From Lepidodermella squamata (taxonomy: Eukaryota > Animalia > Gastrotricha), in contig JBLDXI010000017.1 of NCBI GenBank assembly GCA_047495785.1, positions 2,046,001 through 2,110,000 on the forward strand: a DNA stretch of 64,000 nt, in the 5' to 3' direction. The translations under genes were made by a program, and so were the position numbers. The notes beneath the pieces are model-generated. The model saw only the letters and a program-made list of their open reading frames with translations, had not been told where the DNA came from and did not search any database. Positions 49,154-62,376 of the stretch are shown in pieces (the stretch's first letter is position 1; every line of letters starts with the position of its first letter).

Positions 49154-52100
49154 ATGAAAGTCAGGTTCAACGCCGCTTTGTACCCGCGAATTCACTTGGC
49201 GTGCATATACGCTGCTGATAAAAAGCTTGGCTTTGTTGCAGAGGAAACCGCCACGACTTCCATTTCCCTTGTCAACGGCTCGACTAAGTACCTTTTTCAA
49301 TTGTTGTGTATCTTCCCTTTACTTGCTGCAATTTACGCAGAGATTACGATGGAAAAAACGAGCTTTCAGCTTTAGTGGACATTGGTCAGTGCGTGGGCTT
49401 GCTTCCTAAAGATGGCACTGTTATTCATATCACTGAGGTTAATATTCATCAATAAAATATATTCGTCATGATTTTATAATGTTTTTCAGGTCGAACATTG
49501 GCTTAACTTCACGTTGAGCTACTTGAATCTCAGCGATCCTAATTCCTCTCATTTGTCTTACCTCGACACTCAGCTTGCTTCTAAGAAAGATCTTTATCTA
49601 GTCGGTGGTCGGTTAACTATCGCTGATCTCGCTTTATTTGCTACACTTGCTAGTTAGTTTTCAAGTTCATAATTCTTTTTCTATTTTATTGATAGCCGTG
49701 TTATTTCACAATCAGAATATCCTTCGGCGGTTCTCGAGTCGTATAGTAACGTGACCAAGTACTTCTCCCATTTGTCTGCAAGTAACAAGTCATTTGCCAA
49801 TTTTGCCGGAAATATGACTAATACCACAGAACAACAAGCTCCGGTCGCCAAAGCTGCGGCTAATGCTCCAAAGGCTAGAAAGCAAGAGGGAAAATACATA
49901 GAATTGCCTGGTGCTGAAATCGGCAAAGTCGTTGTCCGTTTCCCTCCGGAAGCTAGTGGCTATCTGCACATCGGCCACGCTAAAGCTGCCCTACTAAACC
50001 AATTCTACCAGCAGTCATTTCAAGGCAAATTGATTCTACGTTTCGACGACACTAACCCGGCGAAGGAATCCGAACACTTTGAGCAAATCATTTTAGAAGA
50101 TTTGAAAAAACTCGGCGTTACCTACGACATGTTCACTCGAACTTCCGGTCATTTCGATAAATTGCTGACCTACTGCGAGCAGCTGATTAAACAAGGCGAT
50201 GCGTATGTCGACAACACTGATGCTGAAACTATGAGGAAAGAGCGTGAGTTGCGCCAGGAATCAGTTTGCCGCAGTGCTACAGTTGAGCAAAATCTGAAAT
50301 TATGGGAAGAGATGAAGAAAGGCAGCGAGATTGGGCAAAAGTGCTGCGTTCGTGCGAAAATTGACATGAAAAGTGACAACGGATGCCTACGTGACCCCAC
50401 GTTATACCGCTGCAAAAATGAAGAACACGTGTCTACCGGAACTAAATACAAGGTTTACCCTACCTACGACTTCGCCTGCCCTGTTGTCGATAGCATTGAA
50501 GGCGTGACCCACGCCCTTCGTACCACCGAGTACCACGATCGTGACGACCAGTATTACTGGATTATTCAAAAACTGGGTCTTCGTAAACCACATATCTGGG
50601 AATACAGCCGTCTTAATCTGCAGAATACAGTTATGTCTAAGCGGAAATTGACGTGGTTGGTTGATAATGGCTACGTTTCTGGATGGGACGATCCTCGCTT
50701 GCCGACTGTTCGAGGCGTTTTCCGCCGTGGTATGACCGTTGAGGGTCTGAAAGAGTTCGTTATTGCTCAAGGGTCGTCAACCAAGGTAGTCACCATGGAC
50801 TGGAGCAAGATTTGGGCGTTCAATAAGCAAGTTATCGACCCGATTGCCCCTCGCTTTGTCGCGATTTTGAAGGACAATGTTGTTGAAGTTAATGTTGAGG
50901 GCGCTGAAGAAACGTCGAAGAAAATGCCGAAACACCCGAAAAACGAGTCTGTCGGCGAGAAAACCGTTTGGTATTCGAAAAAATTGGTTCTCGATCAAGC
51001 CGATGCCGCTGCGCTGAAAGAAGGCGAAATCGCGACTTTCGTCAATTGGGGCAATGTTGTTGTCAACAAGATCAAGAAGTCTGCTAAAGCGGACGCTGCT
51101 ATCGAGTCGATGGATATCAAGTTGAATTTGGAGAATACCGACTACAAAAACACCCAAAAATTCACGTGGTTGGCGCAAACACCGTCTGCTCCTCTTATTC
51201 CGACTGTTTGCGTTCATTTCGGCCCAATTTTGTCGAAACCAGTTCTTGGCAAAGATGACGACTTCAAGGATTGCGTCAACACTGATTCGCTTTTCAAGTT
51301 CGAAATGCTGGGCGAACCTGGTTTGGCTGAGCTGAAGAAGGGCGATATCATTCAGTTGATGCGCCGTGGCTATTATATTGTTGACGAACCCTACCAGGCT
51401 CCAGAGTAAGTCCTGCTTTGTTTTCTAGACTATAGCGAAAAAGTTTTAAGGTGGCATTTTTATCTCCCTAATTTTTTAAAATTTGCTATCGATTTATACA
51501 GTTGCCTAAATTTTTAAATAACGTATTTCAAACTGAAAGGTAATACGTTTTAGAAGGCTTTGATTACATGCACTTGTTACCTGGCGAAAACACGTGGTTG
51601 TGGGCAGCACTACATTGCTACCACTGTAGTTCGCAATATTTATGTCATACTAATGTCTGTATTTGAACTGTAGCCCGAACACTTGCAAAGCACATCCGTG
51701 CGTCCTCTTCCATGTACCTGACGGTCATACGAAAGAACTGCCGACAGCGGTGACCGTCGGCAGCGCCGCCTCGACAAACAACAACAACAAGCCAGCTGAA
51801 GCCGCCAAGAAAGACGCTGCTCCAGTTTCTGGTTCTGGCGATGCAATAAACGCGAAAATCGCCGAGCAGGGCAACAAAATTAGGCAACTGAAGCAAGACA
51901 AAGCTGCCAAGGTGTCTACTCTAGTTTCCCCCATTCGCTTGCTGTTTTGTTTGCAAACCCCCCACAAAATAACTTCGAATTCTTTATTATTACTAACATT
52001 TCACCCCTTGACCTGATTTTTCATTCTAGGTTCGCTAATTCCTGCATTTTCTATGTGTTGTATAGGCTGTTATTGACGCTGAAGTACAGGCCCTCCTTGC

Positions 52101-55100
52101 GCTCAAGGCTGAATACAAAAAAGTCACTGGTCAAGATTGGACGCCGCCCCCTGCCGATTCCGCTAAGAAACCCGCTGAGCCAGCTAAAAAAGCCGCTGAA
52201 CCCGCCAAACAAGCGACAATGACAGTTGGAAACCCTGAAGTTGTTGACAAGCTGAACGATGATATCGCCAAGCAGGGCGACAAGATCCGTCAATTGAAGA
52301 CTGATAAAGCTGACAAGGTATGATTTTGGATCTAAATAATTGGAACAATAGAATCGATGCTCCTGCCCTAAATTTAAGCGTCCAAATTCCGTTTCTTTGC
52401 GATTTCACTTTTCTTAATTGTTACTGATGGCTTCCATGACCCGGAAATGTATTAATATAGCTTCCTGGTAGTTCGCAATGGTTCGCAAAATGGCGCACGC
52501 GAGGCCTTAGATCTGACTCTCTACTCTCTACTCCTCTAATAACTACTCAAAATTGCACCTGAACAATCTGATCAAAGTAGTAAAATTTCTAGACTGTTTC
52601 AGTTGACTATAGAGCTCAAAAACCGGAAAACTTGACTCGCTCGGCTCGACTCTCCATAGTCAAGTGACTTATGTCTATATTGTCCACCTTGCCTCTTAGA
52701 TCGGATATTATAGTGCATTCGCAGCCTCCTTAAATAGATTTTAGGCCGAACAAACTGTTGACCCTGATGCATTTTCAAAGTTCAGGTCACAAAGTTACCA
52801 GCTCGTTACGATTTTGAATTGTGTCATAACCACAAAAGTAACAAAAAGGAAGGTCCATTCAGTCCGTTTCGAAGTCAGTAGGTACATGAGTATACAAATA
52901 ATACCGTATTACTGCGCTTCCACACTGCCGGCCACAAAATTCCGAAGGTGAATTCGATGCGTATCGATTTAATGAGGAGTTTCAAAAAATTGACGAGTTC
53001 CATTGGCCAAAGAAAGCTTAAAATTCTTCAACTTCTTAAAACTCATTAAATCGATGCACATCGAATTCACCTTCGGAATTTTTTGGCCACCCTGTATTAG
53101 ATATTAAGATTCAGCGTAAAAGTTCCACGGTCTTAACTGGGTGTGCCGACAAATGAGTACCGCGTCATTTAAAAAACGATACTTGAGTTCGCGACGTTTG
53201 CTCCCAAATTGAAAATAGGGCGACATTTATCGGGCGCAAATGTGGCGGGCCTAACTCAAGTGCCGCCGGGCGCATCTGTCGTGTATGCCAATTCCGCCCC
53301 TGAATATTTTAATTTAGGCGGAAATGTTGCGTTATCAAGTGTCGTTTTTTAAACTGTTTTATGCTCATTTGCCGGTGCTCAAGTGTTGCGGCACTCATTT
53401 GTCGTCACACCGATGCGGCGGGTCGAATGGTTTTACTTGCACCCAGTTGAGGCTATAAACTTGATAATTAGAAGGCAACGCGCGATAACTTGAGGTTTCA
53501 GAAATTAGTTGACCTTCTGGAAAATTATCAGTTTTTATGAGTTTTGAAGTATAAATCCTTTAACTGATGATGAACGTAGTATAGCATCGCTCGTCTTTAA
53601 TTCATAGTTTTATTTTGAACCAATTATTGAATATCGTCGAAGCGTCTGATTAGCGGTAGTTTGCCTACAGCGGATTTGAATCGCGCTCGCTAACAACTAG
53701 CCGAGATATCTACCTGCGCTGCTGGTTTGGCGCCGTTAGCAGACGTTCCTTTTGCCGCCGCATGCTAGTTTAATTTGATTTTTTTGTCGAGTTCATCAAT
53801 TGGTGTAAACTTAGTAGCTGCTGTCTGAGAGGGTTAAACTTCTATCTAATTCTAATATCTAATGGCATGAAATTCCGCACCGTTTAAAAACTCGCCAAAC
53901 TTGTTTTGTTGATCATTTATCAAAGGCGCGCGCTGGTTAGTAAACCTTGCAGTAAATTTCTGTTTAAATATTCCCTTCATTCTCCTGTAATAATAATAGT
54001 AATAATAATATTGCTCGAGGTCACCACGGGGTCGTGACTCGGACGTCGTTGTTCGTTGTCAAGTTGTGTTCGCTCCTCTGCGATAGAAAAACCCTCGCCT
54101 TTTGCCAGTGTCCCAATAGTAATACAATATATAAGCACAACGTGGGCGCACGGTAATACGGTAATAATAATTACAATAAGTCAACTTTCTAAAATGTTTT
54201 GAGCTGCCAACAATTACTACCCATGACATCGTGATCTCCGTGATCAATGACTCAACGCGCATCGTGAACAACCACATTTAAAATAGATGACGATGAAATA
54301 ACTGATTGTGTAAAATTCCATAAGGCAACCAATCACGGTGGTGATTACCTGAACATTGATTTTTTTCAATAAACTCGCTGTTTATTAAGCACATTGGAAA
54401 ACCACAGTTGCACCACTTGGGAGAAACAAAGCTATAAGACAATTTCAATTTCAATAATATTGAAAGCGACTGGAATAAAACTGTGCCATGATAAGCTAGG
54501 GATTTTAAACGTGGCTTGTGCGCTGCGGGTTCGAGTTGTATGATTTGGTGTTGAAATGGTTTATTTTATGGCTTAGGATGCTTCTCTCAAGACACTTACC
54601 GTCAAATCTGAATTAGAGGGCACTCAATCAAGGCCAAACCCCTGCTTTATAAATGAGACATTCCTTTTATTTCGACTCTGCCCTCTATATTATGAATTTA
54701 ACTTTTTGCCTCTTGAACGTTTTGTTTACCGTTTACTCGTTGCGAGTAGGCGATTAGCTGTTCAGTTAACGGTCTTACTTGCTGTTTACACCTGTTTATC
54801 TTTGTATTGTATTGTATTGTATTTTCCAAATTCAATCAAAAATAATTACAGAATTTAAGGTTAACAATCATTGAGGAAAATGGATTAGAATACAAAGGGC
54901 AAGTTCTGCCACTTACATGTACCTACATTATAACATATTTTCATAGCGCGCAAAGTGGATAATGTTTACAGTATTGAGCTGCGAAGATGACTAGAAAGAT
55001 CACAAGTCATAAGCTTATGTTTGAAAATAACAGAATTATTAGAAGATACTATATCGTTTTACAATTTATTCCAGATCGGAGCTAGTCGGTTTACAAATGA

Positions 55101-58100
55101 GAAGCGATATTGGTCAGTTCTACAAGTTTGTATAACTAGTTTGAAGGAATGATTAGAACGAGTGACGTTAGAATTAAATTTTAGCTTGTCAGAAAGATTA
55201 CAGCGAACTTCATTTTTTATAATTTTGAACAGTAAGACCAGGTCAGCTCTCAAGCGTCGCAGTTCAAGAGATGGAATATGGAGCTGTTGTAGTCGTAAAG
55301 AGTATGAGGGTCGTGGATCAGATATTTTTCTACAGAATAGGCGACGAGTGAAGTAAGATTGAACTTTTTCGATTTTATTAATTAACGTTTTCGTGTAGGG
55401 AGACCAGATCGGGGACGCATAGTCAAGAAGAGGTCGCACGTATACACAGTAGGCGCGAACTAACGTAGCTTTATCGCGAGATTTGAAGGCACGAAAGATA
55501 AGGTTGATACGTTGCATCGATTTCTTTACTATAGAGTCAATATGGTCACAAAAAGAGAGACGATCGTCAATCAGGACCCCTAGGTCCCTGATGGAATTGA
55601 CTTTACCAAGAGAGTGATCGCCAATTTTATATTCAGTTTTTGGATTATTTTTACCAAGATGTAAGCATGCACATTTCGAAACAGAGAGTTGAAGTTGCCA
55701 GCAGGAAGTCCAATCATAAACTCGATCGAGTGCACGATTCATTTCTATTGGACTATCGTCATCATTCAAAAACATAACGTAGAGTTTACAGTCATCTGCG
55801 AATAAACGGATTTTAATGTTTCCCGGTAGATTCTCGTGAATGTCATTTATAAAAAGGAGGAAGAGAAGGGGCCCCAGGACAGAGCCCTGGGGAACCCCGC
55901 TAGTAACGTCGCATTTTTCACTCTTTTTCTTGTTGACAATAACGGACTGAGTTCGATCAAGCAAAAAATTTTCGATCCAACACAAAGGTTTGCTGGAGAT
56001 TCCATAAGATTTCAGCTTAGCAACGAGTTTTTTATGTGACACCGTGTCGAAAGCCTTTGCGAAGTCCAGGTATATGATATCAACCAGCATATATTTGTCA
56101 AGCGCATACAACCAATCCACACTGCTTTCGAGTAGCTGGGTTAGAGTGGACTTTTTTGATACGAAGCCGTGCTGGAAAGGTGATATGATGTCTAACCTTT
56201 GAAGATAAGATACTAGTTCATCGCGAATAATACGTTCAGCGATTCTGCAAGGCGTGCAGGTCAGAGATATTGGGCGATAATCAGACGCGTTGTGAGAAGC
56301 ACCTTTTTTAGCGATTGGGGTAACAAAAGCCTCTTTCCACATATTGGGTAGTTTACCAGATTCGAAGGAAAGTTTTAAGAGAGAAGTTATCGGCATGGCG
56401 AGTTCATTGCTTAGTTCTTTATAGAACGCTGTCGGTAGTCCATCAGGGCAGATCGCATAGGAATTTTTTAGTTCATTTATAGCACAACGCACCTTTTTTT
56501 AAGTAATACTAATAGAGGTAAAAACTTGATCGCCATTGACACGTGTCGGGAGAGGAGGAGTTACGTTATTATCTTTTGTGAAGACGGATGAGAATTGTTC
56601 ATTCAGAACGGTAGCTTTCGAAACGTAATTTCATGCCGTCGTAGGCATGGGCAACTAATATGTAGGCATTATATATGTAAGTATACATGATATCTTGTAT
56701 GAATTTATCCTAGTACCTAATACCCGAAAAACCCGGAACTTACCTGAAATTACCAAGCCTAACGTTTGGGACAATACGGTCACCCCGGCCATGCCATTAT
56801 CAACATTTTACAGCTGTGTTATTGCAGGTTCTACTAGAAAAACAATGAAATCCACGAGAAGCCACCTTTTTCTTGGATTCGCAGGGTCTCGAAGTATTAA
56901 GGGAGCTCGTTATTATGGGTGAATGGGATTCTGGGGCCAGCTTTAAATAGATCCCGAAGTTTCAACTTGCTCAATTTAATTGATTAATAAGTCATCCAAA
57001 TAACTATCCTCGAAAAAAAACCGAAAGGGCCTGAATTCGGACTCCCATGGGGTCGAATATCGGAATTTTTTCCACTTTCACGCCTTTTTACGGGATTTCG
57101 GCCATAAAACACAACCATTTCAAATTTCTGACTTGAGACCACCCCCGAGTAGAAAACCAATTTTTCGCTTGAATTGACTGTAAATAGTATATCCGCAAAA
57201 ATATCATATCTGATGTCCTTGTAACCTCTGATAATACCGATCGGTAATACCGGGTATTTTTCGGGTTTTAGCCTGTTTTCAAGCCCTTATTTTCGCCCAT
57301 CTTCGCTAGAGACGATGTAATATTGTTAACCATGGTGTTATTCATGTTTTTCATGCATAATTTGGCTCATAGAGCCGATATCCAGGTGGAATCAGGTGTT
57401 ATACCATCCACGCGCTCCGAAAGTTCGTTCGCCTGTTGGGGACTGGCTAGGGTTACCAAATTTGAATGGCTAAGTGAGCATCTCGTTTTCCTTCGAGGTC
57501 TAACCATTCCAGCTCGGTACGAAGAGAACTAGCATCGGCATGCTCATGCGCGTTCACAAATATGCGCGCCGCAATTCAGTTTGAGACCATTTATCGCCAG
57601 TTGGCGCAAAATATCTCTTCCTTGCTTTGGCGCATGTTATCTTCTTTCCATCAACTTTGAGTGAATTCGATACCAGCCACTGAATAAATCTGTGTGTTTT
57701 CCTTTGGCAGTTCAGCAGTTGAAAATTTAAGCAGTAGATGGAACAGTTTTAAACACCAAAAAGCTCATATTAGCCCTGAAACGAATCCCCAGCCGAAGAA
57801 CTTGCGTTTAAAAGTTGTAGCTCTTGACCCTTTTTAGCTCTCAGCAGAAAAACATTCGAATTTCTTCCTCGCTTCGCTCGCCTTATCCTACCTTAATTTA
57901 ATCAGGTTCGCCAACTCTGTTGCCTTCAAAGCCAGAAAAGCGAAATATTGATATTGATATCTGCACTTGGCACAACCTTAAATTTTATTTCTGAACTCGA
58001 GCTTATAGCCAAGTCTACTTGAATTTTTTGGTTTATTTTTCAGGCTGCTATTGATGCCGAGGTCAAAGTTTTGTTGAACTTAAAGGCCGAGTACGCCAAG

Positions 58101-60959
58101 GCAGCTGGTAAAGACTGGGCCCCCGCTTCTGGCGCCGACTCTGGCAAACGTCCGGAAAAGCCCAAGGCTGAGGCGAAGAAACCCGAGGCGAAGAAAGCCG
58201 AGCCGAAAAAGGAGGAAGCGAAGCAAGGTGGTGACAAAAAAGTGACCCGTCTTGGCCTTGAGGCGAAGAAGGAGGACGATTTCTCCGAGTGGTACTCGCA
58301 GGTCATTACCAAGGCTGAGCTTATTGAATACTACGACATCTCCGGTTGTTATGTCCTGCGTCCCACTGCATACGCCATCTGGGAGCGGATCCAAGCGTTT
58401 TTCGACGCTAAGATCAAACAGCTGGGTGTTGAAAACTGCTATTTCCCGCTGTTCGTCTCCAAAGCAGCACTGGAGCGTGAGAAGACCCACATTAGCGATT
58501 TCGCTCCTGAGGTCGCTTGGGTGACAAAATCCGGCGGTTCAGATCTGGCTGAGCCTATTGCTATCCGCCCGACCTCGGAGACCGTTATGTACCCGGCTTA
58601 CGCTCGTTGGGTTCAGAGCTATCGCGATCTGCCAATCCGCCTTAACCAATGGTGTTCCGTCGTTCGGTGGGAGTTCAAAAATCCCCAGCCGTTCATTCGA
58701 ACCCGCGAGTTTTTGTGGCAGGAGGGCCATTCGGCTTTCGCGACTCTCGAGGAGGCGAAGAAGGAAGTTTTCGACATTCTGGACTTGTACGCCCAAGTCT
58801 ATGAGAACCTTCTCGCCATTCCTGTCGTCAAGGGCAAGAAGACGTTGAAGGAGCGTTTTGCTGGCGCCGATTTTACCACCACGACTGAGCTGTATATTCC
58901 GATGTCTGGCCGTGGTCTGCAGGGTGCAACTTCTCACCATCTCGGCCAGAACTTCTCGAAAATGTTCGGCATCGAGTTTGAAGATCCTGAAAACCCGTCG
59001 AAGAAGGCGTATGCCTACCAGAACTCATGGGGCCTGTCCACCCGATCAATCGGCGCCCTTGTTATGATTCACGGCGATAACAACGGCATGATTTTGCCTC
59101 CTCGTGTTGCTATCAGCCAGGTAATGAAATGCTCCAAAATTTAAGAATTTTTTAATTTGGTAATTATAGGTGGTTATTGTTCCTGTTGGTATTACTGCTA
59201 ACACCAGCGAAGCCGAAAAGACCGAGCTGTACAGCGCGGCTAACAAGCTGGCCGATCAACTGATCACCGCTGGTGTTCGTGTCAAGACCGATCTGCGCGA
59301 TAACGTGACGCCCGGTTGGAAATTCAATCACTGGGAACTCAAGGGCATTCCGATCCGCATCGAAGTCGGCCCGCGCGAGTTGAAGACCGGTGACTACGTC
59401 TTGGTTCGTCGCGATACCGGCGAAAAGGCGACCCACAAGCTCGCCGAGGCTGCGACGACTGTCAACGGTGTTCTCGAGGCTATCCACAAGCACCTCTATG
59501 ATAAGTAAGTTCAGTCCGATTTCTCGATTTTCCGCTTTTAAGGTGGAATTTTTCAAATCTGATTAAAATGGGGGTTTGGTTGATTCCGCTTTCAAGATCA
59601 ATGAAGAAGTTTGAATCGAACGAAAACTGAAAATTTCTCTAATATTTGTTTGAAATTTGAAATGCGAAGGTGCAAATTTTCAATGCTCGCGTTTTTGCTA
59701 AGAATTACTTATTGTGTGTGCTTTTTATTGAGGGAAATATTTTTCACTCGTCGCCCGTTAACTCAATCATATACTTCATTATACACGGTGAGGATGGGGC
59801 ACGATCCCAACCCGGAAGCAGTGCTTTGCCTATCTGCGCTCAGATCGCTCGATATAATACTGCCCGTACGCAACGTTTATGCTAAATCGTAGTAATTTCA
59901 ACAAATGCCGCATGAGTGGACACGGGCAAGCGCAGGGATGATTGTTGTGCGCGCGTTGATACCGTTGCCTGAGCGCGTCCGAGCAGTTTCGGAGTTGATG
60001 CCCCAAAAGCGATGCAACGTTCAATAAACAGCAAGCAAAATTATGGCTTGAAAAAATGGGAAAAGTTGAAATCTTCGACTATGTTCGGCTCGTTTCAATC
60101 GCCTACCGCAGCCTACGTAGTCCGAAAAGATTTCAGACCGTCGCACAAATTTATACTCAGGTGCTCAAGTGAAGTGACAGCTGATCCCAAGCCAGCGGGC
60201 CCTTGAAGTTTGACTAAGTTGGGCTGCGCCTGTTTTCCGACGGTTTCAGTCAGTTTTGAATCAGATTATGATTTACCAAATTTTTTGGACTTTAACTGTT
60301 CTTAAACGAGCTTTTACAGAGGGAATTGCAAAGCCTTCCCTTGAATCCGCAACCTGAGCTGAATAATGCGGGAATCCTGTTGTGATAAATTGGCTCCACC
60401 GGCGTGTTTCACATTTTTTCTTAAAATTTCCAGCTAGCGGCATGAGACGCAATGTTATAAACTGATGCTAAAAAGTTTTATCTATAAAAATATCGACCAT
60501 TTCTTAGCGGCATCACAACAATACTCTCCTTTTTAATTATGAATTCCAATTTTTAATTGAAAAAAGGGGTTCAGGGCGTAGTGAAATCAAAGAATCGTGC
60601 ATTTTCAAGTCATTTTTCACTTGTTAACAGTCGTTTAATGATTATCAATTATTTTTAGGGCGAAAGCGGCTCGCGATTCGCACACTGTGACTTGCACCGA
60701 GTGGTCAGACTTCGTGGCTGGACTCGCGCAACGCAAAGTCATCCTCGCCCCATTCTGCGGTGCTGTTTCCTGCGAAGAGACAATCAAGGACGAGAGCGCG
60801 AAACAGGCGGCGGCGGGCGACGGCACCCTGTCAATGGGCGCCAAGAGCTTGTGCATTCCCTTCGAACAGCCGCAGCTGCCGGCCAACGCCAAGTGCATCA
60901 ACCCGCACTGCACATCGGCGCCCAAGGAAGGATTCACCCTGTTCGGCCGCAGCTATTAG
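49154..60959 (+). CDS. EPRS1: bifunctional glutamyl-prolyl-tRNA synthetase (GST-like, GluRS, 2 WHEP, ProRS); exons 49154-49287, 49341-49437, 49490-49652, 49716-51405, 51674-51911, 52066-52317, 58044-59120, 59170-59504, 60659-60959
   Basis: [19 protein letters not shown]. Glu[18 protein letters not shown] and [39 protein letters not shown], twice. Pro[48 protein letters not shown] and terminal LFGRSY. All junctions are GT-AG and in frame. Confidence 0.96.
52930..53096. mobile_element. palindromic MITE
   Basis: GGCCACAAAATTCCGAAGGTGAATTCGATG..ATCGATTTAATGAG versus CTCATTAAATCGAT..CATCGAATTCACCTTCGGAATTTTTTGGCC; the right end CACCCTGTA resembles Tc1/mariner termini. Confidence 0.65.
53140..53411. 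mobile_element. MITE with ~24-bp TIRs
   Basis: GGTGTGCCGACAAATGAGTACCGC versus GCGGCACTCATTTGTCGTCACACC. Confidence 0.6.
54800..56630 (-). mobile_element. 5'-truncated CR1/L2-clade non-LTR retrotransposon (RT domain) antisense in EPRS intron 6
   Basis: [68 protein letters not shown]. (AATAC)n 3' tail at 54801-54825. Frameshifts or stops at both ends; no endonuclease domain. Confidence 0.92.
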
Positions 60960-61335
60960 ACGCCTCTAACATTATGACTGTCTACTAAGAAGTGAAAACA
61001 TAGGTCTTATTCCGTGAGAGTTGTTAAAGTTGATAGTATGGTATATTGCTGCGTGTGGTTGAGCGCACCTTAAAAATATTATTCGCGAATATTTACTTGA
61101 GCCATGATTTATTCCAGAGTTATTTGGGATCATAGCGATCTACCCAGTGCTTGATGGGCCTTAATTCATGACCGTCAACTCTTGCGTTGATCGCTTTTGT
61201 GCACCAACTTATGAAGGGCTTCGTCGATATCTTTGAGTTGCAAAAAAATAAAACACAAGAAATACAAAAGATTTTCGATTTATTAAAGCATCGATTATGA
61301 TCAAGGGTGAAGTCAAGAAATGAGAGGCGAGTCTT

Positions 61336-62028
61336 TTATTCGCAGTAATTGCAGCTTTGTTTGCACCACCAGTAGCCGAGTCGTTTTATGCTGGAGAAAT
61401 CCTGACGCGGATCAGTGCGGTCCAACGACTGAAGCTCTGGTGCTTGGCAGAATGTCACACCCTGTTCTTCAATCCACTTGGTGCAGACATCGTGCTCGCC
61501 AGACTCACCATAAGACGCAGCATCTTCGCATTGGCCTAAAAATATTTCAATAAGACCTGCCTCGAGAGTATCCATTTTTTCATATACCTTGAAATGCTTC
61601 TTGAATAGTTTTTTGCTCGAGCCAGAATTCTAGCAACTCAGCTGATGGTGTATTCGTGGGCGGCGGCTCTTTCAAAATCTCGCTGGTTTCCAATAAATTC
61701 GCGTGGGTGATGTTGAGCTCACGGCCCGGAAACACGCATCCAAAGCAGTGCTTCGGGCAGTTGAACCAGATATTATCGAGCAACTTGTAGACGATCGATC
61801 CATCGGGACGGCGGTAGTTGCAGCGATTACCTGGAAATTTTTTCATAAAATAGCAATTCAAATGTCGAAAATCTTATTACTAGTGGTGTCACTCTCCTGA
61901 GTACACCACTCTGAATCTTCATTGGGACAAGTGTCGGTAAAAATTAGCTCGACTTGCTCGCCCTCGGCGTTAGATCCGGCCGCGTCAAGAAATAGAAAAA
62001 GCGCAATCACCAGTAAATATCGCATCAT
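61336..62028 (-). CDS. secreted protein with two loop-expanded ShK-like six-Cys domains (paralog A); exons 61881-62028, 61588-61830, 61336-61535
   Basis: Signal peptide MMRYLLVIALFLFLDAAGSNA. Domains end in CPKHCFGC and CKQSCNYC (C-x3-C-x2-C). Two ~50-nt GT-AG introns join in frame. Confidence 0.8.
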
Positions 62029-62160
62029 TTTTGCCAGCAATCTCGGAAAATGAGCGGCAGTGCGCCAGAACTGTGGCGCGCTAAGGAGGTTTCCGGTGGT
62101 AATAAAACCTTTTTTATTACACGCACGTTGTTTTATTACCTTTTTGATTTGTGGGGCGCA

Positions 62161-62177
62161 CTCGCTCATTTGACAGG
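62161..62177. promoter_or_regulatory. conserved upstream motif of ShK-like paralog A
   Basis: CTCGCTCATTTGACAGG, near-identical to CTCGCTACATTTGACAGG upstream of paralog B. Confidence 0.45.
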
Positions 62178-62376
62178 TTCAGCAAACGTGCGGGTACCAA
62201 GCGCGTATTGATCGAAGAGGATATAAAACAGAATACTTCCACATGATAAAATTTATTTCAGACAATATTTACAAGCGTGTCAAATCGGCTACTTTTGATG
62301 TTTCGGGTGCGACGAATGATTTTCATGCATTCACAATTTATTAAGCTAGGTTGATGACGTAAAGGGTGAAAAGCGA

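Noticed and set aside
58044-60959. Separate ProRS gene (split EPRS)
   Set aside because: The exon begins mid-WHEP at a phase-0 acceptor with no nearby in-frame ATG, and it joins exon 6 in frame.
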